Positions 41,928-53,583 of a DNA stretch of 64,000 bases are shown here, piece after piece. Source of the DNA: Rebecca billardiae RCC1528. Lineage: Eukaryota; Protista; Haptophyta. The notes under the pieces are model-generated. The model saw only the letters and a program-made list of their open reading frames with translations, did not search any database and was not told where the DNA came from. The position numbers were made by a program, and so were the translations under genes. How positions within the stretch are numbered: the first letter of the stretch is position 1; each line of letters begins with the position of its first letter. The stretch spans positions 806,001-870,000 of the forward strand of contig OZ251237.1 of NCBI GenBank assembly GCA_965240325.2. The letters are read 5' to 3'.

Positions 41928-44900
41928 GAGGGCGGAGCGGAGACGCCGGCGCGTGCCGCGCCGCGCGTGCTCGCGCTCGGCACGCTCAGCGCGCAGGAGG
42001 GCACGCCTCGGCGCGTCGAGGACCGCCTGTTCGACGACGAGGCCGATCTCGCGCGCAATCTCGGCGTGGACCTCGCCGCCATCGACTCTGCCGCGGGCGA
42101 ACGCCCGAGCCCAAACGCAGACGTGCAGGCGGGGCTCGCGACGCCGCTGGCTGCGCCGGGGGCGGCGGAGGCGGACGAGGGCGGGCTCGGCGTGGGCGGG
42201 CTCGCGCGCTGGTACCGCCGCCGATGGTCGACCACGCCCGAGCGCGGCACGCCTGGCGCCGGCGCGCGCGGCCCCCTGGGCACGCTCCCAGATGGCGGCG
42301 CCGCCGCGGCGGCGCACGGCGGCGTCGGCGCGCACGGCGGAGTGGCCGACGCCGCGGCGCCGCCCGCGGCGGGCTCGGCGCTCGTGCCGACGCGCGCCGA
42401 CGGGCCGGCGTGGCTCGAGGCGCTTCTGCGCGGCTGCACCTGCGTCTGCTTCGAGATCGCGAGCGTGTGCATTGAGACGCTCATCCGGCTCTACAGCGCG
42501 CCCCCTGCGCGCGGCGGCGGTGCGGCCGGGGGCGGAGGGGGCGCGGGACTCGATCTCGCCGCCATCTCGGCCGCTGCACGCGGCGGCGAGGCGCTCCCGC
42601 AGCTGCGCCCGCCGGACATTGTCGCCGTGCTCAGCACGCTCTGGGGATTCCTGGGCTCTGAGAACGCCGACACGCAGCTCGCGGCTGCGTCCCTGTGGCG
42701 GCAGCTGCAGCTGCTGTGGCCGCGCGCGGCGGCGCGCGTGCTCGAGCGCGCGCTCCGCGCCGCCTCGCCGCCGCCGCTGCGATTCGCGAGCGCGGCGGCG
42801 ACGCCAGGCGGGCTGCACGCGGCGCGGCCGGCGGGCACCGCGCGCGCCGCCAACCTGCGCCGCTTCGCCGCGCTCTGGCGGATCGACGCGGTGGACGTGC
42901 GAGCGGACGCGCCGATGGCGGTCGCGGGCCGAGCGGCGGAGTCGAGCGTCACCGCCGCCTTGCTCCTCGCGCTGGACTGCGTCGAGGACCCCACGCCGGT
43001 CGTGCGCGCCACCGCGTTCTACTGGCTGTCCGACGCGCTGCGCACGCCGCACCGGCTGACGGAGCCGCTGCTCCTCCTCGCGCACACCGCGCCGCGCCGG
43101 CCGCGCCAGGCGCTGTATGCTCTAACGAAACTGTGCGTGCTGCTCGGAGCCGGCCACCGCTCGGTGGGCGCGCGGCTGGGCGGCGCGCGCGTGCACCCGC
43201 TGCTCAGCGCGTCGTTCGAGGAGGCGGCGGGTGCGCTCGCCGGGAGCCCGGCGCAGGCGTCGGAGCGCGCGCTCGGCTCGACGGTCGCGGCGAGATCTCA
43301 TCTCGAGATGTGTATCTGCACGGGGCTGCTGCTGCTGTCGACGCTGGGGCACGCGCCGCGCGACCGCGGGAGCGGCGGCGGCGCGCCGCCGGGTGCGCCG
43401 CCGCCCGGCCTCGCGTCCGAGCTCCACGCCGCGAGCACGCAGCTCCTGCTCACGGCGCTGCGCGTCGCGCCCAATCCGCTCTCCCTAGAGCTCGCCGCCG
43501 CGTGCACGCGGCCGCTGCTGCGCGCGCTGGGCAAGGCGCTGCGCTCCGGCGCGGACGGACAGGCTCTGCAGGCGCAGCTGCTGCTGCTGCTGCAGCGCTG
43601 CGTGCGCGCGCACGCGCACGCGCACGCGCACGCCGCCGCGAGCGGCGCGCACGCGAGCGTCGAGCTGCCCTCCGACTTCGTTCCGTGCCTGAGCGCGGGC
43701 CTGCGCGACCCACTTGGTGTCGCGTGGCCGCAGTGGGTGTGGCTCAGCTTGAGCACGATGCCGTTCGCCGGCGACACGCTCGCCACGGTCGTGGTCACGT
43801 CGATCACCACGCTGTGCGAGCTGCCGCAGCGGTGCACGCTCTCGTCCACCGCCCTCTGCACCGCGCTGATCGCGCTGCACGACATCGTCTTCTTCGCCAT
43901 CTTCGGCCGGCTCGCGACGCGATCGGACGTGGTGAGCGGTGCGGGCGGCGCGCTCGCTCTCGGGGCCGTCGGGACGGGCGGCGGCGGCGGCGGCGGCACG
44001 CCGGGCACGCCGAGGGCCGGCCGAGCGCGCAGCACGTCGGTTGCCTCGACGAGCGGCGCGGCCTTCGGTGCCGCCGCCGCCGCCGGCGGTGCGGCCGGCG
44101 GCGCCGAGCCGAGCGCGGCGGTGAGCGCGGCTGCCGCCGACGCCGTGGGACCCGAGGGCGCGGGCGGCGCGTTCGTCTCGCGGGAGCAGGCGGCGCTCGT
44201 GCTGCAGGCGGTCTTCCAGCAGGCGCCGACGATGGTGAGCTCGGTCCTGCACGTGTGCTCCGCGCTTGGCGGCGCGGCCGCGGCGCCCGGCGCGGCCGCC
44301 GAGCCCGCGGCGGAGGCGCGCGCGGCGCGTGCGAGCGCACGGCCGCTCCCAGCCGCGGTGCGCGCGGTCGCGCTTCGTCCTCTCGCGCTTCTCGCCGTCA
44401 ACTGCCGCAAGGAGTTCCTCGCGGCGGTGATGTTCGTGTGGGAGCGGTCGAGCTCAGCGGAGGAGGCGCGCGCGCTCCTCGCGCTCCTCGGCGAGCTGCC
44501 GCGCACGCAGCCCCGCGACCTGCTCCCCGTGATCACCGAGGCTCTCGTGGGCGCGCACGCGGCAACGCGCCGCGGCGGCTCGCGGCACCCGACTCTGCTC
44601 GCGGCGGCGAGCGCGGCGCAGGGGGCGCAGGTGCGGGTGCCCGAGGCGGTCGCGCTGCGCTTCGTGCACGCGTACGTGGGGCAGACGGAGCCCGTCTCGC
44701 AGCTGCACATGGCGTGGCCGCAGCTCGTCGCGCTCATCAAGGCCGCGCTCGCCGGCGGCGGCGTGAGCGTCGCCGGCGCGGTCGCGCCCGGGGGGGCGGG
44801 CGGCGGGCCCGGTGTGCCTGCATTGCCAGCGCTGCTCACAGCCATCGGCTTCACCGCGCTGCGGCGCATCGGCGCGGGCGCGGGGCCGGGCCTCGAGCTG

Positions 44901-47900
44901 CGCGCGCGCGAGGTGCGCGAGGCGCAGGAGCTCGTCGAGCAGCTGCTCCACGCCGGACTCTCCGAGCTACGGGCGCCCAGCGTCGCGGCGCGCGCCGCGT
45001 CCGCGCTCAGCGGCGGCGCGCGCCCGTCGTCAGCCGCGCTCGGCGCGCACGGAGCGGCGGCCGCCGAGGCGGAGGCGTCGCTGTGGGGCGTCGGGCAGTG
45101 CCTGCGCGACGCGTGCGAGGCGGCGCGCGCCGCGCGCGCGCCGAAGCCCGGCGCCGACGAGGAGTCCGGCACACCGAGCTCGCCCGTCGGCGGCGGCGGC
45201 GGCGCCGGCTCGGCGGCGGCGGACGGCGGCGGCATCGAGGTCGGCGCGGAGGCCGCTTCGGAGATGGAATGGGCCGCGTCGATGGCGGACGCGTCGAGCC
45301 TGCTGCTCTGCACGCTCTCGTCCCTGCTGCTCCCGCTGCTCCGCCTCGTCTTCACCGCGCCGCACTCCCGCCGCTCCGACGGCGTCACGGATGTCGTCGC
45401 GGAATTGCTTCCTCTGATTATCCTGCCGCTGGAACAACAGCCGTCCCAGACAGGACCGACCCGGCACAGGCCGCGCGTCGCGCTCCGGCTCGTCTGCGCG
45501 ATCATCGAGGTGCGCGCGGCGCGCGGGGCTCGATCGCGCGCGCCTCGCCCTCGCCCCGCGCGATCCATCGGCCGCGGCCTTGCCCCGCCGCTTGCTCTGC
45601 GCGCGCCGATCGTCGCCGCAGCTCTCCTGCACTGCTCGGGACTGCCGGGTGGGCGGCGGTGGGCGGCGGCGTGGGCGGCGGCTCTCCTGCACTGCTCGGG
45701 ACTGCCGGGTGGGCGGCGGTGGGCGGCGGCGTGGGCGGCGGCTGCGGCTCGGCGCCGCTGGCTGACGTGTGCCTCGCGCTGCGCCCATCCCGCTGGCGCG
45801 GCGCGCAGGACCGCTCGACGGTCAAGGCGTGGCGCCGGCCGATCGCGCGGCTGTTCGCGTCCGCGAGATTCTTCGAGATGAGTTCCGGCATGCTTCCGCT
45901 GTGGGCGCGCGTAGTGAACACGCTGAGCAACCTCGAGACGCCCAAGGCGGCGGTGACCGCGCTGCTCTCGGGGCGCGACGCGGAGGCGCTGTCCCTCTTC
46001 GCGGGCAAGGCGGCCGAGGCGAGCGCGGCCGCGCTGCTCCTCAAGCGCCTCGCCTTCCTGCTCTACTCGGGAGAAGTCAACCAATACGTTGGCGCACTAC
46101 AGGTGCGGTCCCGCGCTCGCGCGCCCGCGCGCCCGCGCGCCCGCACGCCCGCGCGTGGTCGGGCGGTGGGGCGGGCGGTGCGGGCCGGTGTCGTCCGTGA
46201 AGCTGCTGTCGTCGCTGGAGGAGGGCGGCGGCGGCGGCGGCGGGCGCGCGCCCCGCGGCCGCCCGCGCGGCGGCGCGGTGACGGCGGCGGCGCGGCGCGC
46301 GCGCGCGTGGCGCGGCGCGCGCGTGGCGCGGCGTGCGCGGCGGCGAGGCGCCCTCGCAATGTGATGTGCGCGCGCCCCTCCGCGCGCGCCGCCCTTCCCG
46401 TTCTCGCCCGCCCGGCCGGCCGGACGTCGCGCTCTTTCTCTCGCTGTGTGTGTGTGTGTGTGCTCTGCTGCCCTGCGCTCCTCCTCCTCCACCCCTGCTC
46501 CTCCGCCACGCACTCGCGATTCGTGCCCCTCCCCACTGTGCGCACTGCACGTCTGGTTCGATGCTGGACGTCCGCGCGTGTGGCCGTGTGTGTCCTCGGC
46601 GTCTCGGCGTTTCGTGCTTCGTGTTCCGGCGTGTTCCGTCGTGGCGTGCTTCGTCGTGTCGGCGTGCCGTCGTGCCCTCCGCGTCTCTCCCGCGCGCACG
46701 TGCCACCGCCACCGCCACTCACGCCACCACTCTCACCATCCAGGGAGTAATCTTTGCAAAGCTGGTCTCGTCTCTCAAGGAAGGCGGGCAGCACGCGCAC
46801 GTCGTGCAGGCGGAGGCGCTGCTCTGCATCCGGCTGATCGCCGTGCGCGTCACGCCGGTGCACCTGCAGGCGCTGTGGCCGATCGCGCTCGCCGAGCTGA
46901 AGCGCGTGCTCGCCAACCCCGCGCAAGTGCCGGTGCACGCCCGCGGCGCGCGCGCATGCGCGCCACCCACCCACCCACCCACCCACCCACCCACCCACGG
47001 GCGAGCGCGCGGGCCAGGGCGCGCCGGCACCGCGCCGGCGCCGCGCCGGCGCCGCGCCGGCGCCGCTTGGAGTCTCTGCGCCCCGCTGACGCGACGCTTC
47101 GCCGGCCACCCCGCCGCCTCGCGCCGCCGCGCGCGCCGCTTCGCGCGCGCGTGCCCCTCGCCCAGCCGAGCCTCGTGCTCGCGGCTTTCCTACTGCTGGA
47201 CATGATCCTGGCCGTTCTGCCCAACGAGTTTGGATACCACGCATGGATGTTTTTGCTCCCTAGCCCTAACCCTACTAGCCTCCCACCGGCGCCGGGCGCG
47301 GCGGTTGCAGCGCCGGCCGCGCGCACGCCGCCGCCTGCGGGCCCGGCCGGGCCGGCGGCTGCCTGCGCCCCGCCCGCAGCTGAGGCAACCGGCGCGGCAG
47401 GGGCCGAGCCGGCGTCGCAGCCCGCGGCCGGAGCTGAGCCCGCGGCCGCGCCCGCCGCGCTGCCTGCTGCCGTCGAGCCCAACGGCCATGCGGACGGCGG
47501 CACGCAGCCGCCCGCCCTGCCTGCGCTGACGGCGCACGCCGGCGCTCCGGCCGCGGCGGGCCCGAGCGGCGCCGCGCTCGCCGCCAGCTTCCAGCCATAC
47601 CTCGCAAAGCTCGCCGCGCGCGTCGCGCCTGGCTCGCAGGCGGCGGCGGGCGCGGCGGGCCTGCTCGCGCGCACCGCGCCGTCGCCGATGGGCAGGCGCC
47701 GGCCGCTCCTCGCGCTCTCCCGGATCCACGACGTGTCCGAGCTCGCGCCGTACGCGCTCGCCCTTGGCGCGCACATGCACGAGAACGACACGGGCGCTCT
47801 CGGCACGGAGGTCGACTCGGCATTCATCGACGCGCTGCTCGGCTGCCATTTCCTCGCGCGGCCGGCGGCGGAGCAGCGGCTCGCGACCCTGCGCGCGCCC

Positions 47901-48125
47901 GCGAGCGGCGCCGGGCGCGCGCGCTCGAGCGGGCCTCGTGCCCAGGGCGCGACCCCACTGCAACGCGCCGGAGGTCCGGCGACGAACGCTGCCGCCGATG
48001 CTGCTGGAACCGCCACTGCCGGACCAGGCATCGCTGCGGCCGCGCTGCATCAGGCCACAGCTGGCTCCTCGGTGGCAGGGTCAGCAGGGGTGCTCGCGGA
48101 GGACGCTCTGCTACCCCTTGGCTGA
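39337..48125 (+). CDS. DOP1: Dopey/DOP1 endosome-Golgi trafficking protein, multi-exon
   Basis: Dopey_N motifs [43 protein letters not shown] and GLFPL. C-terminal LLKRLAFLLYSGEVNQY and LCIRLIAVRVTPVHLQALWPI. Introns at ~39460-39573, ~45510-45809, ~46103-46743 and ~46928-47165. Confidence 0.92.
45621..45740. repeat. Perfect 60-bp tandem duplication in a DOP1 intron
   Basis: GCTCTCCTGCACTGCTCGGGACTGCCGGGTGGGCGGCGGTGGGCGGCGGCGTGGGCGGCG occurs twice. Confidence 0.92.
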
Positions 48126-48433
48126 TGATGATATGCCATATGCGTGCGTCCCGCGACGTGGCGACGCCGCCTGTGACGAATTCATCGCCTCAAGCATCGA
48201 TTAGCGTCGATCAAATTGACGACGACATATCGCGATATATGTATTAGTTATTGCGTAGGGGCAGCAGTTCATTAATGACTGATAACAAAATTATTATATA
48301 TATGACCGCGTTCCGCGGTCCTTTTCTGCATAGAATCAACGCAGTTGGGGGCCCGCGGTGGCCGTGCAATCGCGGCTCTCCGCCGTAGTGGCAGTTCGCC
48401 AGTTGAAGTCGGTTCTGAGATGACTGAAGCTAT

Positions 48434-50348
48434 CACAGTGAACAAAAACGGGATTATCGTTACCGTAACCCGTCCGACACGAGCCGATTTTCGGGGAATT
48501 TCTCGCGCGGGCCGCACGAGCGCACAGACGGCGCTACGGTGGTCGCGCAGGCGCCTGGCGAGTGCCCCGGGCATGGGACTGCAACATCCCACCCAGCCTC
48601 CCCATCCCTCCGCCCCTCTCTGCCTCGCCGGGTTGCACGCGGCTGGCCGGTCACGTAGCTCGTGGTGAGCCATTCGTGAGCGTGGAGCCCTGCTGCTCAG
48701 TGCGGCGATGCAGCGAGGCGAAGCGGCGCGTAAGATGGCGCATCTTACTCCGAATGCAGTCTGCTACCAGCACAGCCGCCCTCGCCGGAGTGCCTGGTCG
48801 TCACCTTCGTCGTGTGCACGTGTCGCGCGCTGCCCATCAACGAGCGATCGTAAGCCTTCTCCGGAGCCATTCAAACACGCTCGTCCTCGACGATGCGTGC
48901 GCGAGGCACGACTAGCCAGACAGAAGGGTGCACAGATATTTTCGACTGCGAGGAGACGGCGGCGAGCACAGGCGCGCAGCGCCGTCCCGCGCTTCATTGG
49001 GATGTTCTAGACCAGTCGCGCGCCCGCGGCACCGCACCCGCCCTCTCCGCGTCGCGTGCCACTCCACACCGCGCGCGTGGCTCTCGACGTGTACGTCGAG
49101 GCCATCTTGCGGCCGATTCGTACCCGCATGTATTCAACAAATACGACAAATCGCCGAGCTGAACGCACCTCGTCGCGCGATGGCATGGTCGCGCTGTTGG
49201 ACGTCGCTCGCCGCAGGAAAATCGGTACGCGACGAGAGCACGGCGCACGCGCACGGCGCGGCGTGGGAGGCGGGGCGGTGGTGTCCTCGAGCCATCCCGC
49301 CCACGCCGCGGTGCGCCAGCCGCCACCTCGCCGCGCCGTGGCCCATGCCGCGCGGCAGGTGTCGACCAGACCGACCTTGCCGCCCAAAAGAGGGCCGCAC
49401 CGGAAATTCTGTATTTGTTGAATACGGACTTACCCATGTGCCCGCGGTGCGGCGGCGCCCGCGGCGGCGGCATGGCGCGGCGGCGGCGGCGCGGGCAGCC
49501 TGACGGGCCAGATAAGGCGCGCCAGGTCGGGGCGATCGTGATGGGATGGTTCCATACGCATCAGTGCGTGCTCCTGTGCATCTCAAGAGCGCGCTGGGCG
49601 CCCTCTCTCGCGCCTATGCCCATCCCATGCGGTCTGAGAAGCCTCCCGGTTTGGCCATTGTCGTGCCGTGCTCGGTCGTGGCTGCCCGGCGGGTCGGAGA
49701 GGTCGAGGCGAGCCGGGTCGTTCGCGACGGACGATGCCTATGGGTCATGGCGAGTGCCAGCACGCAGCTCGGGCGCGCGCCCGGCGCCTCCTCGCCGCGC
49801 TACATCCACACCAAGATCTGGCCCAAAACCAGGCTTCAAGAGCGAAACTCAGTCTGGGAGCTCCTCAGGCCGCTGTGTGCGGTTTGAAGGCGCGCAAACT
49901 TGTGGAGCGGGTGCCCACATGGGTTGGGCACAATGCTATAGAACGTTTTTCCGCGACACACCACTCTCTCGCCTCTCCGCGCGCGTGCCGTGCGGCTCCC
50001 GTGAACTCATCTTAACAGGTCACGTGTGGCCGCCCGTGGGGCGAGGGTGGGCGAGGAGGGGCGGGCGAGGGTGACGCCGCCCCGAGGAACCGCCTTGGCA
50101 AGCCGGCCGACGCCTCGCAGCCCCCCTCGCGGCAGTCATGCGCGCACGCCCGCCGCTCGGAGCGCGCCATCGATTCGAATGGGCGTGCGCACGACCGACC
50201 ATGCTCAAACGGCTTCCGGCCCGATCTTTCTCCACTGTGCGCGGCGCGAAGTGCCGCGAACGGGGCATGAAAAAAATTCCAGCGCATCCCCACTGGGCGG
50301 AAGTGCGGACGGGTTACGGTAACGCCGAAAATCGATTTCTTTACTGTG
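48434..50348. mobile_element. Nested non-autonomous CMC/EnSpm-like transposon (CACAGT termini, ~43-bp imperfect TIR, 2-bp TSD AT)
   Basis: CACAGT-N18-CGTTACCGTAACCCGTCCG at 48434-48476 has an exactly spaced inverse ending ACTGTG at 50348. AT flanks both sides. Confidence 0.8.
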
Positions 50349-50472
50349 ATATTAGTCCGACCGTCGCCCTGCCTGCGCGACCGCGAGACTCATTCACACT
50401 TCACACAATCACAGCAGCGGACCTGAGACCGCACCCGGCACCGGTCGTCAAATCGGACGTCCGTCTGACAAC

Positions 50473-50618
50473 TAGCTGCCAAATGTCCAACTGGCTGATC
50501 AGCTCGGATCCGACCCGTCCGCGATCGTGCCATCGGCATCGGAATTACTACTAGTAGCTGCCAAACTGTGTCCAACTCTGGCTGATCAGCTCGGATCCGA
50601 CCCGTCCGCGATCGTGCC
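50473..50618. repeat. ~60-bp imperfect direct duplication inside element B
   Basis: TAGCTGCCAAA..TCCAACT..GGCTGATCAGCTCGGATCCGACCCGTCCGCGATCGTGCC occurs twice. Confidence 0.85.
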
Positions 50619-51507
50619 GAGTGAGTCGTGCCGCGGAGCTCGGAGTACTGAAGGAGTCGGGTGTGACAGCAGGGTGCTTTAGCGCTGCGGCCCGTGCCAG
50701 CCAACGACCAGACGTACTCTGGCCACTTGACCCGTTGCACGGGTGAGTGACCGTACGCCCTGCCTAGTGCCTACCCGGCGCGCGCCGCGCGACCGGCGAC
50801 TCGGGGTGATGGAGAGCGGATGGCGACAGCAGCAGCAGTCCTCATGAAGACGATGAAACTGGCGGCACGGGTGCACGAGGTGGCAGGCGAAAGCGCGCCG
50901 ACGAGACCGCATTTGACACACCTGAGCCGCACGCGCGTGCCGTCGCCGAGCTGCGAGCGCTGCAAACGCGCAACCGTACCGCGCGCGCCACGACGGCGCG
51001 GCACTAGCTGATGCAGGCCGTACTGCCGGCACTGCTTCTGCGATCATGCGCCACGGTCGCAGCTGACTGCGTGAGCAGCAAGCGGGAGGCGGGTCCGGAG
51101 GCACGTGCAGGCGCCGTCCCGCATATCCGCCATCGCCCATCGTGCCGGGGCACGTCACCTCCGACGATCCGGATGTGGCCCAGTCCGGACGTCACGCGAT
51201 CCGGGAAGACGAGTACGATTCGCTCGTAACGAACCGTTACACTAATGTCACGTCCAGCTGACGTCCAGATCGCACTTTACCTAAGGGAATCAGCTGGGCG
51301 CGGTTTTTTTTGGCCTGCTGATAGACCTCTCAATGCGATCTCAAAAACTCGAAACTCGGTCTCCGCCAGCCCTAAAAATCGCCCCCCGTCCCTTTTTTTC
51401 CGCCGCCCCCCGTCCCTTTTTTCTTGATCAAAGATCTTTTTGAAACGTGGTTCGGGCCCGCTGGTGCGGGCTCCACGCTGCGCGCTCCGCCCTGCACCGC
51501 GGGCCAT

Positions 51508-51586
51508 AATGAAATTATATATATATATTCATTATTTTAAAATATTATAATTATATATATGTAATGATGATGATGATGATCATGAT

Positions 51587-51621
<35 letters not shown>

Positions 51622-51651
51622 AATAACAATATAATAATAATAATAATAACA

Positions 51652-51697
<46 letters not shown>
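51508..51697. repeat. AT-rich microsatellite tract (TA)n/(TGA)n/(TAA)n
   Basis: Directly visible, including a long uninterrupted TAA run. Confidence 0.95.
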
Positions 51698-51816
51698 CGT
51701 CATCTATAGCAGTGTCGTCAGACGACGCGAGGCGCAATTGTCGCGTCAGATGACAGATCGACTCCGCCCTGCTATATAATACTAAGCAGCTCATCAGCAG
51801 ACGCATATATCACAGT

Positions 51817-53583
51817 TCACACATCAGTGCCAGCCATTCCGTCGCAGACGAATGATGGCGAGTCGTCGTCATCCGCCGCCGGCGCGGCCACCACAACAGA
51901 CACGCTCGCAGCCTGCGGTGGCCAGCAGCGAGGAAGCAGTACGGGCGAGGCATCCATGTCGTCCGCCAAGACGGTGTCCAGGCCGTCCTCGCTCGAGCCG
52001 CCCCAGCTGGTGCCGTCGGCGTCCTCCGCAGCATCGGAGTCGTCGCTTCCGGCGCAGGCGAGGTTGAGTGCGGGCGTCGTCGCCACCAGCGCCGGCAGGT
52101 CTTCGAAGCTGCGCGCGAGGTCCTCGCTGCTGCCGCGGCGCGTGGAGTAGGACCGGCGGCGCGTGCCCACCGTCCGGGGCGGCACGTTGACCGCGGCAGT
52201 CGTCTGGCTCAGCGGGATCGGCGGTTGCGTGCAGATGGCCTCGCGCACGACAGGCGCGGCCGGCGCAGGCGTCCACAGCGCGCTCCTCTGGAGCGGCAGC
52301 CTGTCGGTGCTCAAGCATCGGTTGACGTCGCGCACGAGGACGGCGCCTGATGGCAGCTGCACGTGGTTGCCCGCGCCGAAGCGCGCGTCCATCCGCTTGG
52401 TCGACAGCACCGCCTGCTGGCTATCCTCCTCGCCGTGCAGCGCGCTCTGCCACGCAGTGGGCTCAGCCGCGAGGTCGGCCGGTGTAATCACCGACCACAG
52501 CAGCTCGAGCGGCAGCGCGACCTGCGCCGCGAGCTCGCGCGGGGGCTTGTACGTGCCGGACATGTTGGACCAGGCGAGCACGCGGCCGTGCTCGCCGACG
52601 AGCACCTCGCCGGCAAACAGGACCGGCGCCTCCTTTGCCAACTGCGGGTGGCCGCCGGCTGAGCCGAACGGCGCCGTGCGCGAGAAGACGCGCAGCCGGC
52701 TCTCGCCCGGCACGGCGACGAAGGCGTGCGAGCCGGGCGTCAGCGTGACGTTCTCGCGCACGGTGCAGCAGTCCACATCCTGTGGGAGCCGCACGCAGTC
52801 AGGCGAGCGATGCTTTGCGCGCAGCCTCGAGACGCGCGGCAGGTACTGCTCGCCGCGCAGAACAAACCAGTGGTCGGTGTCGCCCTCGGCCACGGGCAGG
52901 TGGGGCGGCGAGAAGCCGGTGGGGAAGGCGAGCGTGTCGCTCCGGCGCAGCAGGGCGGGGGTGCTGCGCGGCGGGCGCCCCTCGACGCGGAGCGCGTTGG
53001 CGAAGATGGGGAGCGCAAACGGGTGGAAGCCCGGGAGCTCGACGACGTCTTCTAGGCGCACGCTCGCTCGCTCACACGTCCAGGCGGACACCGTTTCCAG
53101 CGGCGGGTGTGCGCGGGCGTGCGCCAAGGGGAGCAGCCTCGGGAGGGAGGGCGAGCGCGAGAGCCGCACGATCCGAGTGAGCCGCGTCATCGAGCAGCTC
53201 TCGATCGAGGCTGAGTGCGACGCCAAGACGAGCCGGCGGCGGTGAACCACGTTGTCGATGCCGGCGAGCTTGAGCTCGCGCATGCTCGAGGGCGCACGCC
53301 GAGGGTCGAGGCCCGCCGCGCTCAGCGAGCGCGCGTACTGCTCGGCCTGGAGGGACAGGCCGGCGGCGGCGATCCAGCGCGAGAGCGAAGCATCCACGCA
53401 GAAGCTGTGCACGGAGGACATGGAGGAGAGGCTCTGGCTTGAAAAAGAGGAAGCACACGACGGCTCACTCGGGGTGACAACAGCGCCGTCCGTGGACGAC
53501 ATCAGCGCGGCAGAGTAAGGAGGGGTGGGGTGGACGAGTAGATGCATGTCGCGCCCACATGCAGGCGTGGCAGCAGGTGGCAT
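51817..53583 (-). CDS. SAM-domain protein with Ntox43/IQM-like domain
   Basis: N-terminal SAM-like LSRWIAAAGL..EQYARSL..ELKLAGIDNVVHRRRLV. Central GGHPQLAKEAPVLFAGEV..GRVLAWSNMSGTYKP. Start uncertain (53583, 53547 or 53502). Confidence 0.65.
   Translation of the reverse strand: MPPAATPACGRDMHLLVHPTPPYSAALMSSTDGAVVTPSEPSCASSFSSQSLSSMSSVHSFCVDASLSRWIAAAGLSLQAEQYARSLSAAGLDPRRAPSSMRELKLAGIDNVVHRRRLVLASHSASIESCSMTRLTRIVRLSRSPSLPRLLPLAHARAHPPLETVSAWTCERASVRLEDVVELPGFHPFALPIFANALRVEGRPPRSTPALLRRSDTLAFPTGFSPPHLPVAEGDTDHWFVLRGEQYLPRVSRLRAKHRSPDCVRLPQDVDCCTVRENVTLTPGSHAFVAVPGESRLRVFSRTAPFGSAGGHPQLAKEAPVLFAGEVLVGEHGRVLAWSNMSGTYKPPRELAAQVALPLELLWSVITPADLAAEPTAWQSALHGEEDSQQAVLSTKRMDARFGAGNHVQLPSGAVLVRDVNRCLSTDRLPLQRSALWTPAPAAPVVREAICTQPPIPLSQTTAAVNVPPRTVGTRRRSYSTRRGSSEDLARSFEDLPALVATTPALNLACAGSDDSDAAEDADGTSWGGSSEDGLDTVLADDMDASPVLLPRCWPPQAASVSVVVAAPAADDDDSPSFVCDGMAGTDV

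Larger units (their letters stand above)
48304..51506 (-). mobile_element. Non-autonomous Helitron2/Helentron-like element, copy B (contains nested CACAG element)
   Basis: It has the same GACCGCGTTCCGCGGTCC left end, the GGGCCCGCGGTGG subterminal repeat, and a right end nearly identical to copy A over ~140 bp. The interior is different. Confidence 0.7.

Noticed and set aside
47258-47280. Telomere-like CCCTAG-CCCTAA-CCCTA
   Set aside because: Only about 3 degenerate units, inside the DOP1 reading frame (PSPNPTS).
48434-48450. V(D)J RSS-like CACAGTG + ACAAAAAC (Transib/ProtoRAG)
   Set aside because: The heptamer and nonamer-like words are only 1 nt apart rather than 12/23. The other TIR reads CACAGTA, and the TSD is 2 bp rather than 5 bp.
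48660-49900. Transposase or Fanzor remnants inside the nested element
   Set aside because: Only short interrupted frames, with no DDE, HUH, RuvC or zinc-finger motif recognisable by eye.
51537-51806. Poly-Tyr/Ile/His ORF
   Set aside because: Translation of the (TAA)n/(TGA)n microsatellite.
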